DNA of 64,000 nt, taken from NCBI GenBank assembly GCA_036172245.1, contig JAYWIR010000046.1, positions 744,001 to 808,000 on the forward strand, given 5' to 3'. The DNA comes from Raillietiella orientalis. Taxonomy: Eukaryota. Position 1 is the first letter of the stretch; every line of letters begins with the position of its first letter. Of this stretch, positions 1-12,734 are shown piece after piece. The notes under the pieces are model-generated. The model searched no databases, was not told the DNA's origin, and saw only the letters and a list, made by a program, of their open reading frames with translations. Both the position numbers and the translations under genes were made by a program.

Positions 1-2235
1 CTTTTGACGCGTTGTCCGTTTCCGGGGGCAAAGTTTCCGACTACCCGATCCACGTCCGAGCGAGCGACTTACCAGCTTCCGACGCATCTCCGGCGTCGTG
101 CTCGCCCTTCCTCGCTTCCATTTGCCATGGTTAGCTGGAAACGATGCAGACAAGCGCAGCACTTTGGCCTTCCCCGCGGAACAGTTACAGAGCGGTCCCG
201 ATCCATCGTTCCACTGGTTCACAAAATTCGAATCGTGGAAGCAAAGATAAGCAAAAGTTCCCCTTCGGCTAATTTTCGAAACGCACTCGGCTTATCCAGT
301 ACAATTCCTTCGGAGACTGATAAGATCCCGCAGCGAGATTCAGCGTACCATTCACCTGATGGCTTCCTCGACTCAGCGGAGCATCTTGGCCGTCGCGCGA
401 CTAATTAGAGCGATGAATCGAAAGGTTTCATTTTATGATTGCTTGTGAATGCTCCACGAGTGCTTATATGAAGTTTCCGCTGGTGTGGTAGTCAGTGTGG
501 AAGCAGGGTTGCTGGCTATTTGGATGACGAGTTTTTCCGTTTCTCGTCTGACAGAAACATGCAAATTGCGTCTTCGCGGTTTTTACTACGTTCAAATGAT
601 GAGGATAGATTGGTTTGTAATTGCTGTTGGCTCGTAGCTTTATGCAAAGAATGTTCGAGATGAAGCGAAGAGAGTATTCTTTTGGGAACATTTTGGAATT
701 CTCCACGCTTCGTGCTGATGCAATCGCTTTTTGTCTCCTACGAAAGAATTCCATGGCAGATGACTGGGACATTGTAAAATTCAATGAGATTCAGGGGAAA
801 ATAAGCTTAAGAGACAGGAATCTTTAAAGTCTGCACGATTCTCTATTAGGGACACCGTTGGAATTTTTGATCCGCTATGGAACTTTTGAAACCAAACTGC
901 TGGTAACTGCAAATGAGAAAACGACAAGCCGTGGAACAGGAGGGAAAAAAATACATGCCTGTTACGAATCCTTTGGATTCATTGGATTATTTCCATGTTT
1001 AATGGCTGCGTGGACCTGTAGTCAGTATCCCTTACTGGAAGACCATAGAGAAAGGCACGAAGGCATGAAATAAAGAATTGGGAAACAAGGTGGGAGCTCC
1101 GTGAGTGTGGAAGCCCAAAATAAGCAGCTACTGACATTCTGGCAAGCCTGGCAAACTTGTGAAACTTATGGGTTACTTCGATCTAATGAGATCAAATTTG
1201 AGAATCCTAAAGTAACTAGTAGGATAAAGAAAAAAAAAGAGCGGGGGAGGTACGAGGCAAAATCCATGAGCTTCAATCCCTGAGAGCATGAAGTTTCGTG
1301 GGTATTCCCGTAATCACATTACTCTGCCCCGTAAGTAATGCTTTCATTTCTCTGAAGCAATTCATTTCGGGAGAGAAGCGAGCTGGCCCCCCGCAGAAGG
1401 ATGCATTCGATGCTCTTTCGAGAGCGCTCTTCCTTCTGAGGTGAAGAACGAAACTCCCTAGGAAATCCACAAACTCATCCTCTTGCCACTCGCTCTGCAA
1501 CTGTGGACGAGGTTCGCGCTTGCTGCGCTTCGCATGTGTTGGACATCCGGAGGAGAGTTTCAGTTCCCTATTTGCAGCTTTTGATTCTTCCAGACGTTCT
1601 TACAACGTGTGGAGGCCATGTTTTTGTTGCTTGCCGAGGTGCGGGCATTGGAGCTTTCATAAGAAGCACCAATTTGGCAGGTAGTGAGATGGACACACTT
1701 CACATTCAACGTAGCAACAACAACACAGTCGTCACTTAAAAATGCGATGAAAGATTGACAGGAGTGAAGAAAATTAAGTTAAGAGAAAGCATTTTCTTCA
1801 GGCGAACTTCCGAATTTTCTGGCTCCCAAGGAGTAGTGAAGAGGAACCGTTCCTTCAGGGGGAGGGGGGAGGGCAAAGAAAGCTCTTTAGTATTGTCCAT
1901 CCGACCCTAGAGTGCGTGTAACTCTCCAGGTTAGACGGTGACCCCGGAGGGACCATTCCATAAATCCAGGAAGCTATCGAGGGAAGGAGTCCTTTCCTCT
2001 TATGCTTGGTAGGGGAACCCCAAAGAAAACCTTCTCTCTGGTTGTCTTCGAAGGTGATCCCGAAGAGAACCGACTCCTTGATTCCTGGAAGGACCCCAGA
2101 GGGTCAAATTGCAGTTCCGGCCAGTCAACGGGAGCATCCAGTTTCCACTAGTACTCGAAGCCAATAGGCCAACCAGTGTCAACCTGCAGGGGTACTAGAA
2201 ACGCACGACACACCCATCTCTCAGAGTCAAACCTC

Positions 2236-4200
2236 ATTTTCACTGGTCAACTCGGGCGTTAATCGTGAAAAGTATTAACAAAAAAAACAGTCATAAAAAA
2301 AATAAAAAGGTATTTCAAATGTACAGTTTCACATCACCATTACGAAGGGAAATGCCTTGGGAGCGCTGCTTCTCGTGAGCAGCTCCCTCGACGGAGCCCA
2401 CACCATAGAAGCGGTAGAAAGGGTAAACAGAAACGAAAAACCTACACACAAAAGCTTAGTTTCAAAATGCGTTGGGGGAGGGGACTCACAGATTTTTTTC
2501 TGGCGTCCTCAGCATCCTTCGGAGGATGCTGATAGTTTCCTTCTTTCGTCGGCAGAGATCTCGCCACCTTGTCTCCTTCCTCGTGAGCGAGCACACGGTC
2601 GAGATGACTTTGCCGTTCGACTGTTCTGTTTCGGCGCGGCTTCTCGTCGCCACGATCCCGCAAAGGCAGCACGGAGCTGCAAGAGAAGCTGCAGGCGACA
2701 TCGAGGCGCGCGCGAAGAGGCACTTCAAGACCACTCTGCCGTTATCCATCGGGAGTGGGAGGGCCGCAGCCGAGCGTCCCCGAATACTCAGGAGGGCAAC
2801 ACAATCCAACTGGTGTGGAAAGGTTTTCCGTCCGCTGCATCTGGCACGGTCTGGGACTACACTTCCTCTTGTCCATTGGTGGACTCGCGCGTTGCATGGG
2901 ATCGCCCAGTGCAACAACTGCAATGCCGAGTCCTGCCACTTCAGGGGAAGCGTGGAGCCGTTCACAAACACTGAGGGAACCGTGTTCAGAAGCTCCATCC
3001 AACAAAGAATTCCTTTGGGGAGAGTGACAGGGGTAGCAGCGTCAGCCAGTTGATGCGCCGTTCAGCATCCCAGCTGCTGCTTCTTTCCTGAGATCTCGCA
3101 GGATACTTCCCATCTCGCAAGGCCATCTCTACTTCCACTTCGTTGGATTGCACTGAGCGTGGCTGCAAGTGGGGTGTTGCGTGCCCAGGTGGTCTTCCTC
3201 GAGCAACCCATGATTTCCTGCAACGAGCAGCGAGAGCGGTTCGAGAATCGCAGGCATCGCGATGGCTCCGGGCTCGTACGTTTCTTTTCTCCCATGCCCG
3301 AACTGTTTCCTGTTCCAGGTACTACAGTTGGCGGGACAGCAGCAAATTCATTTGTTATCCTGGACCAAGACAACCATTTTCCAGAGTTGATACTCTCATC
3401 GGGGCAACTGTCGGTGGCCGTGCACGAGGAACATACTGAGTCCTTCGGCGCCGGCTGGCTCCTCTCTTGGCCCGGAGTCTGACTAGGACGCGCCAATGGC
3501 CACCGTCGAAAACGTCGTCGCTAGAGCTTATCTTTCAAACTGGAGCTGTCCGCTCCAGCGTCAGGACGCCGAGTCGGCGTTCCGAAGTGGCAGCGGGCAC
3601 GAGTCCTTACCAGCAAACCCGAGACCTCTGCGTTCCCCAGAAGACTTTTCTCAGAAGGTCCGCCGTCCTCTTTTTCACATCCTCGGGAGGAGGACAAACA
3701 AAAAGCAGGGATCGGGGGAGGGAACGTGTTCTAGAGGACAGCCCGTTCCGTCAAGAGAAACTTGCCATTGAGGAGCGGGCTGGGCACCGATTCTGGCTTT
3801 TGGAGGCAACCGGACCAGGTTTCTGCTGCGCAGAAATCCCCCAACGGGACTCCCATGTACTTGAAGCAGCTGACCGTGGGGATCCCCAAGAGGATCCGGT
3901 CCGGTTATCCTGCCCATGCCGCATCCACGGGAAGCACAGTCGACTTCGCCTGGTTTCTACGCATGCCAGCTCCCCGATGATTCAGCTCGAGGAATCGAGG
4001 TAGAGATGCTACCGGAGCCGACATGGGTAGCAGGAGCAGAGGATCGTCGGCGTTGGCCGACTAAGCAGGCGTGGAAGATCACGAGCTGGGAAGGGCAGAA
4101 AGAGTTGTCCCGTATGCTCTCAGCATCAACTCGAAGTAGGTGCTGAAGAGCAACGGGCACAGGCTGTTGCCTCGCCGAATCTCTCGTTCTACACGAGGGT
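2236..4200 (-). mobile_element. Non-LTR retrotransposon 3' fragment (CCHC family)
   Basis: ORF 2486-2998(-): LPLKWQDSALQLLHWAIPCNAR..WTR...C...H.LDC...RW, homologous to the other copies. Degenerate terminal motif at ~2236-2263. 5' limit approximate. Confidence 0.75.
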
Positions 4201-4912
4201 CGGTCAAGGATTAGTGCAAGGGCCGAATGCAAGCCCTGGAAGTGATTCGAGGCAATTGGCAGTGACAGTGCACAAATAGGCACACCGATACCTTGCGGTC
4301 CACCACACTCCTGTGTGGGATCGCGTGCTTCGAGAAAGAGCTGAACCCTTGTTGAAGAAACTCATCTTGCTGGTCCGCGAGGCAGGCGGCCAGTTGTCTG
4401 CCTCCTTCCTGTCAGTGAAACTAAGTGTCCTCCCCGCGGGGCTTGCGCAACCTCCGCAGCTGGAGTAACATTACTCTAGAGTGCTAACATCAAATTGCTA
4501 TAGAGCTGCGAGCAGTGTGCCTCGCGCAGGCGGCAGACTGACTCCTCGATCAGCCCTGAACAGTCCGTTTCCTAGCCAACCTCTTCTTGTCACAGATTCA
4601 CTTTGTATCGAAAGGTCCTCGACGAGAGCCAGAAGCTATCAAGACCGATAACGGTCTAGGCACCATGGACTCCTCTCAAATGAAGGCAACGGACGCTCTG
4701 GCGCTCGCAGTCGATATGCATAGAGCACCCGAATGATTCAACCAGGAACTTATCCTGCAGCTCTTGGAATGCCCAGTCCTTTCGCCCACCTCGCTTACGC
4801 ACCTCCACTCTCTGCCGAGTGGCAGGCTAACGAAGATTTCAGCTCTCTCGTCCTTCTCCTGTTCCGGGATGTCGGTCGCACCGGCCAACGTTGACGACCT
4901 CCTTCTGCTGTT

Positions 4913-6377
4913 GCACGTGTCCACCCTTGCGTCGTCGCTCGGAGCGCTTTCCTAGCTGATCCTCTGGAGGACGGGTGTGCCGGCGAACCAGGAGTCCAGC
5001 CTGTAGGATAACCCTTCTCCCGGGAGGGAGACGGATTCCACCAGCTCCACGTTCGAGTCGGTGGCTCTTCGAATCTACGAACGCGTGCCCGTGGCAAACT
5101 TTCGCACGACAGTAGCGCACCGCGCCTGTCTTCGCAAACGCCGACACGGAAAGTCGCCATTTCGATCATAGGACATCGTGACCCCGTGCTGAGATGGTGC
5201 CCGGGTAGTGAAGCGTTCGGAGCGGTCCGGCCTGCGATTGCGAAGACCCGCTCTGGCGGCGCGAGCGCTGGCTTATTCTTTGAGCGCCGCATCCTCAGGC
5301 TCCCTTGCGCGAGGGTTGCGAGGGATTGACGGACGACTCTACGCGCGCTCTGCCGCCGCAGCATTGCTGCATTCCTCCGGCTTCCTGCCGAGTCCGAAAA
5401 CGTCCCTGACCAGCACTGCTGCCGTTCCAGACCGATCGCGCGGCGCGTCGCCGCAGAAAGCAGCGGATGATCGTGCAGGACCCGAATTCTCAGCCGAGAT
5501 TTTCCGAGTCAGAAGGGGAAACGGGGTTCCTCCGGTAGGTGGCAAGTCTCCCTCTTGCTCCCACAGCAACAACAGCCACAGAAAGACTCTCGCCGGCGGG
5601 CGGTGCGCAAGACGCCAGAAGGAGGAGATTTTCCACACTTCCTCTCTGGCGGCGGTGTTTCCGAATTTCCTTCCCGCCCGCTGGCCCCGGTTCGTTCCCG
5701 GGCAGCGTTGCTGCATGATATCCCGTCTCCTCCTTCCCGAGGTTCTCGGCCCGCTCCCGTTGAATTTGGACTTTTTCCGGCCCCATGCCTTTGCTGGAAT
5801 CCCACGCGGTGAACCGCATCGAGCAGGAGGCAGAGCAGCGCAGAGGCCGGGGTCTGCTCCTCTCCCTCTTGCCGCGGACCGCTCGGACCGCCGAGATGCC
5901 CTGGAAAGGACGGGCTGCGTCGCGCAGGGTCGACACCCGCCTCCCCGCCGTATCCGGATCGGTCGGAATCCGCTCCGGGGATCAGCTGACGGGAAGCAAT
6001 CTGCTCTCAGATTTTTGTTTCATCCGCCGATTCTTCGCGGCGACGGGTGGTGGCTCGAGTGCTGGGCCTGCGGTGGCTGACGGGATTCCGAAGCGCGCGC
6101 GTCCCTTGCCAGGTGCGGTCCATAAGCGCCTCCGATGGGCGCGACTAGCACCGGCCTCCGGTTCGGTCGATGCGCGTCCGCGAAGCGGTGGGTGGTCGGC
6201 GAACCGTCGAAGAGGCAGTGGCCGAATGAGAGATGCTGCCAAAGCGAGGACTCGGCTTCGCCGTGGTCGGGATGCTTCCTAGCGTAAGATGTCTAGATGT
6301 TCTTCTGCTTCGAGAGCTCTCGTGCCGGTTGCGGGCGTCGCACCCATCAAAGGTCGTGTTCCCTGTTGATGTCCTAG
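4913..6377. repeat. 1465-bp GC/CpG-rich segment, copy A; near-identical inverted copy at 33303-34767
   Basis: Direct comparison, plus near-identical ORF translations on opposite strands (e.g. 5208-6080+ vs 33600-34472-). Only a handful of substitutions seen. Confidence 0.97.
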
Positions 6378-8129
6378 TTTATTCATCATTGAAGAGTTTC
6401 GTTCATTCAATGGGATCTTGTCTCTCTACCATCCATAAACTCCTCAAGGGATTCTGGAGGCAGGCAGCTTCTCCAGAGATTCCAGAAAGGACCAGACATT
6501 TTGGCAGGTGGTCGATAGGCAAGCTAGCCGAAGCTGCCCCACTGAGTGTCTGAACTCGGGGCCTAGTTCACTAAGTGGACCTTAGTGAACCCCCCTTAGG
6601 GGGCTGCTCTCTTAAAGAACTGGTGTTTCTCCAGGTCTGTCTGGACAGTCTCGCTGCTGCTCGACGCACTCCAGCATGCGACTGCGCAGTCTGCTCATTG
6701 AGAACTCCCATGCGGTAAGCGACGTCAGCAGTGGACTTGTGAGAATCGCTTGCTGAAATGCTTAAGGTGTGGTGGGACCAAAAAGACGCGTTCTCTCTTG
6801 CTGGATTGGGATGTCATTCTTTCAGGATGAAGAGAACCAGCTCCATTTCTCTCGTCCCCAGCAGCAACTTCTGCTGGATCATGAGAGGCGTTTGTATCTT
6901 AATGAAAAGTTCTGCACTACCTGGGTAATGAAAATCTTGTGCTCCACCTGGGCAACACGTCTAAGACGTGAAGAAGTCGCCAGGAGAGAAAAGGTCCTTA
7001 CTGTGGTGATTTCCATGGTGTATAGAAACAAGTGACGCCACTTCCCCAGGAATGACAAGAAAAGGAATCCCCGGCATTGTTGTAGGATTCAGGAGCGTTA
7101 GAACTAAACTCTGCGCACCTGTCGATCCTCTCCCTCCCTTGGGGCCACTTCCGTACTCTCGCAATCTCATCATTCGACCCTCAATATATACTTGGGTGCC
7201 ATCTCGTCGATCCTTTCAGACACAGCTCCACGGGGCGGGCCATCTCTTCCGAAAAAAATCACCCTCTTGCCGGGCCCCAAGATCGCACCGGCTTCATCGG
7301 ATCGCACCGGTTCGGCGTCTCGGCGCGGCGCTCCTCGTGAGGACGTGGGCACTTCCGTGCGGGAAGTCTCGGGACGGAGCCGCAGCACGAAACGCGAGCA
7401 CGCGGACGGATGCGAGCCAGCGGCCTGCTGCCCGCCAGCTTGCCGCTCCACCCAAAGCCCGCATCCTGCGCGGCGGCAGGCCTTCTGCCAAGGTCGGCGA
7501 ACGAAACTAGTGCGCACGCTCCAAGGCTCCCTTCGAGCGTGCGCACTAGTCGATTAAGGTCCGAGGCCCACAAGAGGGAAAGACATGGCTTGCGCGTCGA
7601 GACCAAAGAACGGATGCACACAGCACCTCGTCACCTGTCAGCATGCAGGAGGCGCTTCGTCTCCGCCTGCAAGACGAGAAGTCCGGGAGCCACGGGCGAG
7701 TCGTCACGCGGACTAAGAGCTTCACAGCCTCCCGCATCCGATCTGGGTTTTCTTTTCGCGCTGCTCCGCGGCGTTTCTCGGAAGTCTTGGAACGGCACTC
7801 CTCACGCTTTTGCATCCGGACCACGGAACTTTTCGCGTCTTGAGCGTCGACAGTAAACTCGGAGATCCAGAATGGGCGCTTCTCGGGAAAAGAAAGTTCC
7901 ATTCGGCCTTGCACGTTTGACGGGAGATGCCGACTAGCAGAGAAGCGTATCCGCCGCAACTTGGCGTGGCTCAATCCCGGGTGCAGAGTGCGTAAAATGA
8001 AGCCGTACGTGCACAGCCATGTATTGCAGATCGTCCGCGCTGGTGATCGTCGCAGATTTCCTTCCAGAATTTCAAGCGCAGCAGAGCGAAATGACGTTGC
8101 GGCAAGTGTGCCACACTTGCAAAGAATTT

Positions 8130-8697
8130 CGTCGTATGCCTGTTCTCTACTGGTGGGTAGAGAACTCGTTTGCCTCCACAGAGGGCACTCTGTGGGGACA
8201 CTCTGTATGCGGAATTTCAATCGTAGGTTCATGAGTGCGTACGCGTGTTTGTTTCTCTTTCTTTCTTTTTAGAGCTCAGTTTTTTTCGAAATCACCTTCG
8301 AGGGAATAAACCTACCAACTACGCTGCGAACATCTATCCGAACTGCTCTATCATCTAACTAATCAGCATTCTCAAACGAGCGTTTCATCACATTTGTGCC
8401 TTTGACGAGTTTCGCAGTCAGTACTGCCCTTACTTGTCTCATTATTCAGCACTGTTTTCCGGGCTTCCAATCCGAAGTGACACATGAGGACTAAAATGAC
8501 TTAGTGAGGCAGAGTGACGCACGCCAAGGTCAATCTTTTGCGTAATGTTATTGTTGCTCTGCACAGCACATGTCCCCGAGGCCTACTAGTGGGGTGGGTT
8601 GGTTTCCCAGGACCTTTACGTTTTACCTGGATTCTGCACGCTCTCGTTGTTTGGCTCCAATGTGGTACCGGTAATGGTTTAGACGTGCTTAGCACAA
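8130..8697 (+). repeat. LTR-like dispersed repeat, copy 1 (possible solo LTR)
   Basis: Shares blocks with 23760-24339 (CAATCGTAGGT, GAGGGAATAAA, CACATTTGTGCCTTTGACGAGTTT, GTGAGGCAGAGTGACGCACGC, GATTCTGCACGCTCTC). Both end at TTAGCACAA. Confidence 0.75.
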
Positions 8698-8719
8698 CTA
8701 CACAGTAACATCAAGATAA

Positions 8720-8835
8720 CAGTATTGTACTTGAAATAAAAAGGTTTCTTCGATACCATTACTAACTCACTAATGGAGGATAAGTTAACTGAAACTGATG
8801 TGCCCATACCTATTCATGATTCGTCTCTTGGATTC
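8720..8835 (+). pseudogene. mt trnI-like remnant (~8720-8765) and trnM remnant (~8775-8835)
   Basis: GGATAAGTTAACT...GTGCCCATACC resembles mt-tRNA-Met (CAT anticodon). AAAGGTTTCTTCGATA upstream weakly resembles tRNA-Ile. Confidence 0.5.
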
Positions 8836-8839
8836 CACT

Positions 8840-10340
8840 ATCGTATTCTCATCAACATCACTCTTCTTGCTACCAATCTTCCTTAAAACACTGATTGCAT
8901 TATCTACAAATAACGGATTAATAAGCTGAGTCAGGTCAGAAAATCAACCGAATTTTCAAAAGTTTCCTCATTTTTTCCCCACCCTCTCTAGTCACTCTAC
9001 AGCGAAAAATTTCCTTATTCAAATAGCGGCGTCACTGAGTATTCACTGGCATATTTTTTCAATGTTTTCTCTTCCCTTCTATCCCCAACCATTTCATTAA
9101 TCATAATTTTATTCTAATCATACTACCCCTGCACTATTGACTTTTACTCGTTATTAATAACTCCTCATGAATACCAACCATCATCCTTCTAACATGACAA
9201 AAGCTAGCTCCCCTATTCATCATTTCCTTTTTACCATCGACGATCATCCTGATTCCAACAATTCTCAGAACAGAATCTTCAGATTCTCAGAATCTTCTCC
9301 ACTGCACTATCAACCTCCTCCATCCAATCAATCATAGTCTATTCATCTATTTCTCATATAACACGAATAATCTCCAAACTCAACTCATCTGCCACTATGT
9401 ATGTGATTAACATACCACACTATCGACACCCTAAGAAGACTTGGATGTACATTACTCTTCCGAAAAACAAACACCCGCTCACCTTCCCATAATTTATTTT
9501 TTTTAACATCTTCTCACCCCTTCTATCCCTTACAAGAATACTGAATCTCTCAAACATATCCTGCTTCCCAGGCTTCTTACCCAAATGAATTAACTCCTCA
9601 TTCCACTAGCAATTATTCTTAGCTCATCCTCCTCAATATCAAGCGCCCTCCTTAGCTACCTTAATATTGGCCCACCATCACGCGCCCTCCTCCCATCAGA
9701 CAAACTTCAATTCCCACATACCCTATCCTTATTTTCATCCTTCCTCTCATTCTTCACTCGTGAAAGAACGCCTGCAGCGTCGACCGCAGCTATATGCTGC
9801 TTACGCAGTGTTCGTGAAGGCTAGAATACAGAAGGACAGAGGATAGGCGACCATAAGATGGCCGCATCTCACTCGACATAAGGAGAAACTTGCAGGCATA
9901 CCGCAAAAGATTCAGAGAATGCAGGGATCCCTTCCCTTGCCCCTCAGTATTCCTAAGTGCAGTTTTTTTTTGCGTTCATTTTTTGTTTGCTTCCCCCCCC
10001 CCCCCTGCGCCATTTTCCCTGTGCGGACTTCTCAAAGCAATCCGCTCGCTATCAGGAATCGCCTCTGGGACTCTTACCGACGTTGTGGGATTACAATCCC
10101 ACTACGGGGGAATGACTCCCCTCGTTTTGCGCGGGAGTTTATTTGTAAATGTACGCTTTTTAAAAATAAACGCTCCGGCGTGACTGGGTGGAAACTCACT
10201 CTTCCTCACATCTCCATCCCTGATACATTTCACTTTGCCTCTTGTCCTTCTCTGCAAGTATCCCAATTTTCCGCTCCAATGCTACAGAGAATTTGCAATT
10301 CCTGAATCCCAAGAACCCAGTCACCCCTAACCTTACGGTA
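8840..10340 (+). pseudogene. nad2: mt nad2 pseudogene, split by a retroelement fragment
   Basis: ATTGCATTATCTACAAATAACGGATTAATAAGCTGAGTCAGG..GAAAATCAAC resembles S..W..W.GLEIN. TTCCTTATTCAA is FLIQ. Lies upstream of trnW and cox1. Confidence 0.7.
9760..10195 (+). mobile_element. 5'-truncated copy of the CCHC retroelement inserted in nad2
   Basis: GC-richer island with TGCTGCTTACGC and AGATGGCCGCATCTC (RWPHL), a T-rich 3' UTR and the terminal AAATAAACGCTCCGGCGTGACTGGGTGGAAA. Possible target-site duplication (TSD) CTCA(T/C)TCTTC at 9746 and 10195. Confidence 0.75.
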
Positions 10341-10349
10341 AAAGGATCC

Positions 10350-10515
10350 CATCATTAATAAATTCAGAATTTACCGCGTGCCTCAACCATTTACTTACAA
10401 GCTTCTCCCCTGATTCAGACTCCAGCGTGCACTCCAAAACGCGTTACACTACTAGGGTTATAAGTTAAATATTAAGGAATTGCCAACCTTCATAGTTAGA
10501 AATCCAGACTCCTGT
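10350..10515. pseudogene. tRNA remnants: trnY(-)-like, trnQ(-)-like, trnW(+)
   Basis: trnW: AGGGTTATAAGTTAAA...AACCTTCATAG at 10451-10515. Weaker trnY-like GAATTTAC..GCCTCAACCATTTAC and trnQ-like CTGATTCAGACTCCAGCGTGCACT. Confidence 0.5.
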
Positions 10516-10525
10516 GAATTGCCCT

Positions 10526-12040
10526 AAACAATGATTCATCTCTGCAAACAACAAAAACAACGTATTACTCTATTTCACCCTCGGAACGTAAGCTGGCATC
10601 CTACGCAACTCATTAAGATTTGCTATTTGTTTGGAACTCTCTCGACCAGGTTCGCCCATCAGCCACAACGAGCTCTGTGGCATCCGCTCGCGCCTTGACC
10701 ATCGCCTTCTTCCTCGTAATCCCCGCCGTAATAGGCGGTTTCCGCACCGCCTCACTCCCCTAATATTGCATCCGGCTTCGAGATACAGCAGATTCCAAAA
10801 CCATTCCAGATTCTAAGCATCAGCCCCATCCTATTCTATGACAGTTCTCATTCAAAAGGACAATCCTATATTCAAAAGAGACATATGACAGTCCTATATT
10901 CAAAAGAACCAAGAGCAAGAGAAACCCTTTATCCCTCCCTCTCCAAGATTCCCTTTAGTCCATCCATAAGACTTGATCTCGCCGTTTTCTCCTTTCGCCT
11001 AACCGGAATCTCATCCATCCTAAGATTCATCGATTTCAGCATCATCATCATCAATATACGACTTTCAAACATATCCCTTTCCCGAATCCCTCTTCTACCA
11101 TGATCCATCCTTATCACCACTGCCCTTCTAATCTTAGCCTCACGCATCCTAGCAGCAGCTATCGCCATACTCTATTCGACGGAAATATCCATTCATCTTT
11201 CCTCGATCTCACAAGAGAAGACCCTATCCTGTTCCCAGACCTATACCGATGTTTCAGATACCCATTTTAATTCTCCTAGATTTCGGAATTACATTACACA
11301 TCATTATATTTGATAGAAGAGAAGAAAAATCTTTGGTATCTTAGGCATGATCCATGCCATAGTTGTCACTGGCCTACTTGGATTCATAGCCCATCATATA
11401 TTTACCGTAGGATTAGACATCGATCCACGTGCCTGTGTCATTTCAGTCATCAGAATCATTGCCATTTCAACAGGCATTAAAATCTTCAGATGACTAGGGA
11501 CATTATCCGGAACATCAATTTCTCACAATATTCCGATCTTGGATCATGGTATCCATCTCCCCATTCACCATTGGAGAATTCACCGGAATTACCCTAGCCA
11601 ACTCATCCCTCGATACTTCGCTCCACGACACTTATAACGCCTTAACACATTTCCATTAAGTTCTATCCATATGAGCCGTACTCTTAGTCACTGCTGGCTT
11701 CGTTCCCTGATAGAAACCCCAATAATAAGTTTACTTCTCAACTACTCCCTAATTAATATCCAATTCACTCAATATTCATTAAAGTAAACGTAACTTCCTT
11801 TCCTTAACACTTCACACTTCACACCACGACGCTACTCAGATTATCCAGGTATCTTTAGCCTATGAAACACAGCATCATCACGAGGTACCCTTATTGCGCT
11901 TCTCTTCATATTCATCATCCTAGAAAGACTAATTAACAAACAAACAACCATCGATGAACATCAGTTTCAGTAGATACGACTTCACACATTCACCCCTAGA
12001 TAATCCACTCATTCTCGGAGCTTCCATCATCATCCTAATA
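10526..12040 (+). pseudogene. cox1: mt cox1 pseudogene
   Basis: QWFIS.N.K..LYF..G..AG..ELS.PGS; YP.LS; AHHMFTVGLD.D (GCCCATCATATATTTACCGTAGGATTAGAC); IA..TGIKIFSWL; LANSS.D..LHDTY; PRRYSDYP. Many stops and indels. Confidence 0.95.
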
Positions 12041-12046
12041 TAACAG

Positions 12047-12105
12047 TCCTAATATAACAGATTTAATAAATTGGACTGACAATGTACACATATTACTCAG
12101 TTATA
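12047..12105 (+). pseudogene. mt trnL2(UUR)-like remnant between cox1 and cox2
   Basis: CTAATATAACAGATTTAAT..ATTGGA resembles the TCTAATATGGCAGATTAGTGC start of pancrustacean trnL2. The first 13 nt are tandemly duplicated. Confidence 0.6.
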
Positions 12106-12730
12106 CCCCCACTTATATTCTAAAGCTCATATTCCCCACCCCATCTTCTCTTCCACATACTCACCATTTACCTATAAATTCTGTATATCTTTATCCTCTT
12201 CGCAAACTCATATAACAGCCTCCTTCTACTCAACAATCATTGCAAAGAATTCATTTCGACTTCTCATCACCTCACCCATCCTTCTAATAATCATATTCCC
12301 CTCTCTTCATATCCTCTACCTTTTAGACAGAAACCACTTTCCCTCATTTACAACTAATTCGATCGCGAACCAATGATTCGCAACAGACGAACATTCAGAG
12401 TTTCGAAACGCCAATTTAGAATTATTCAAAATTCCCAATAGAAACGGAGTGTGCCTCCTCACCACTGCGAATCACCTATTCATATCACATAACGCCGCAA
12501 TCCAGCTTATCATCAGATCCTCCGATGCCTTTCCACTCGAAAACCATCGCCTCCCTAGGAATCAAAACCGATACTATCCCCGGATGTCTTAACCAACAAT
12601 CCATCATCCTGGATGGATCAGGGATTCTCTCCGGCGAATGATGCAAAATTTGTGGCATCGATCACAGATTCATACCCATCCAACTTAACTCCACTAGCCC
12701 TACCGACTTCGTTGCAATAATCAACCATTT
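12100..12730 (+). pseudogene. cox2: mt cox2 pseudogene
   Basis: IKTDTIPGCLNQ (cf. KVDA.PGRLNQ) at ~12561. ICGIDHSFMPI (cf. EICGANHSFMPI) at ~12646. Confidence 0.9.
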
Positions 12731-12734
12731 GAAA

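Noticed and set aside
5208..6282. Long overlapping ORFs (290 aa, 165 aa) in the duplicated segment
   Set aside because: Arg/Ala/Pro/Gly-rich, open in several frames and without a recognisable domain, as expected in high-GC DNA. Identity between copies reflects recent duplication, not selection.
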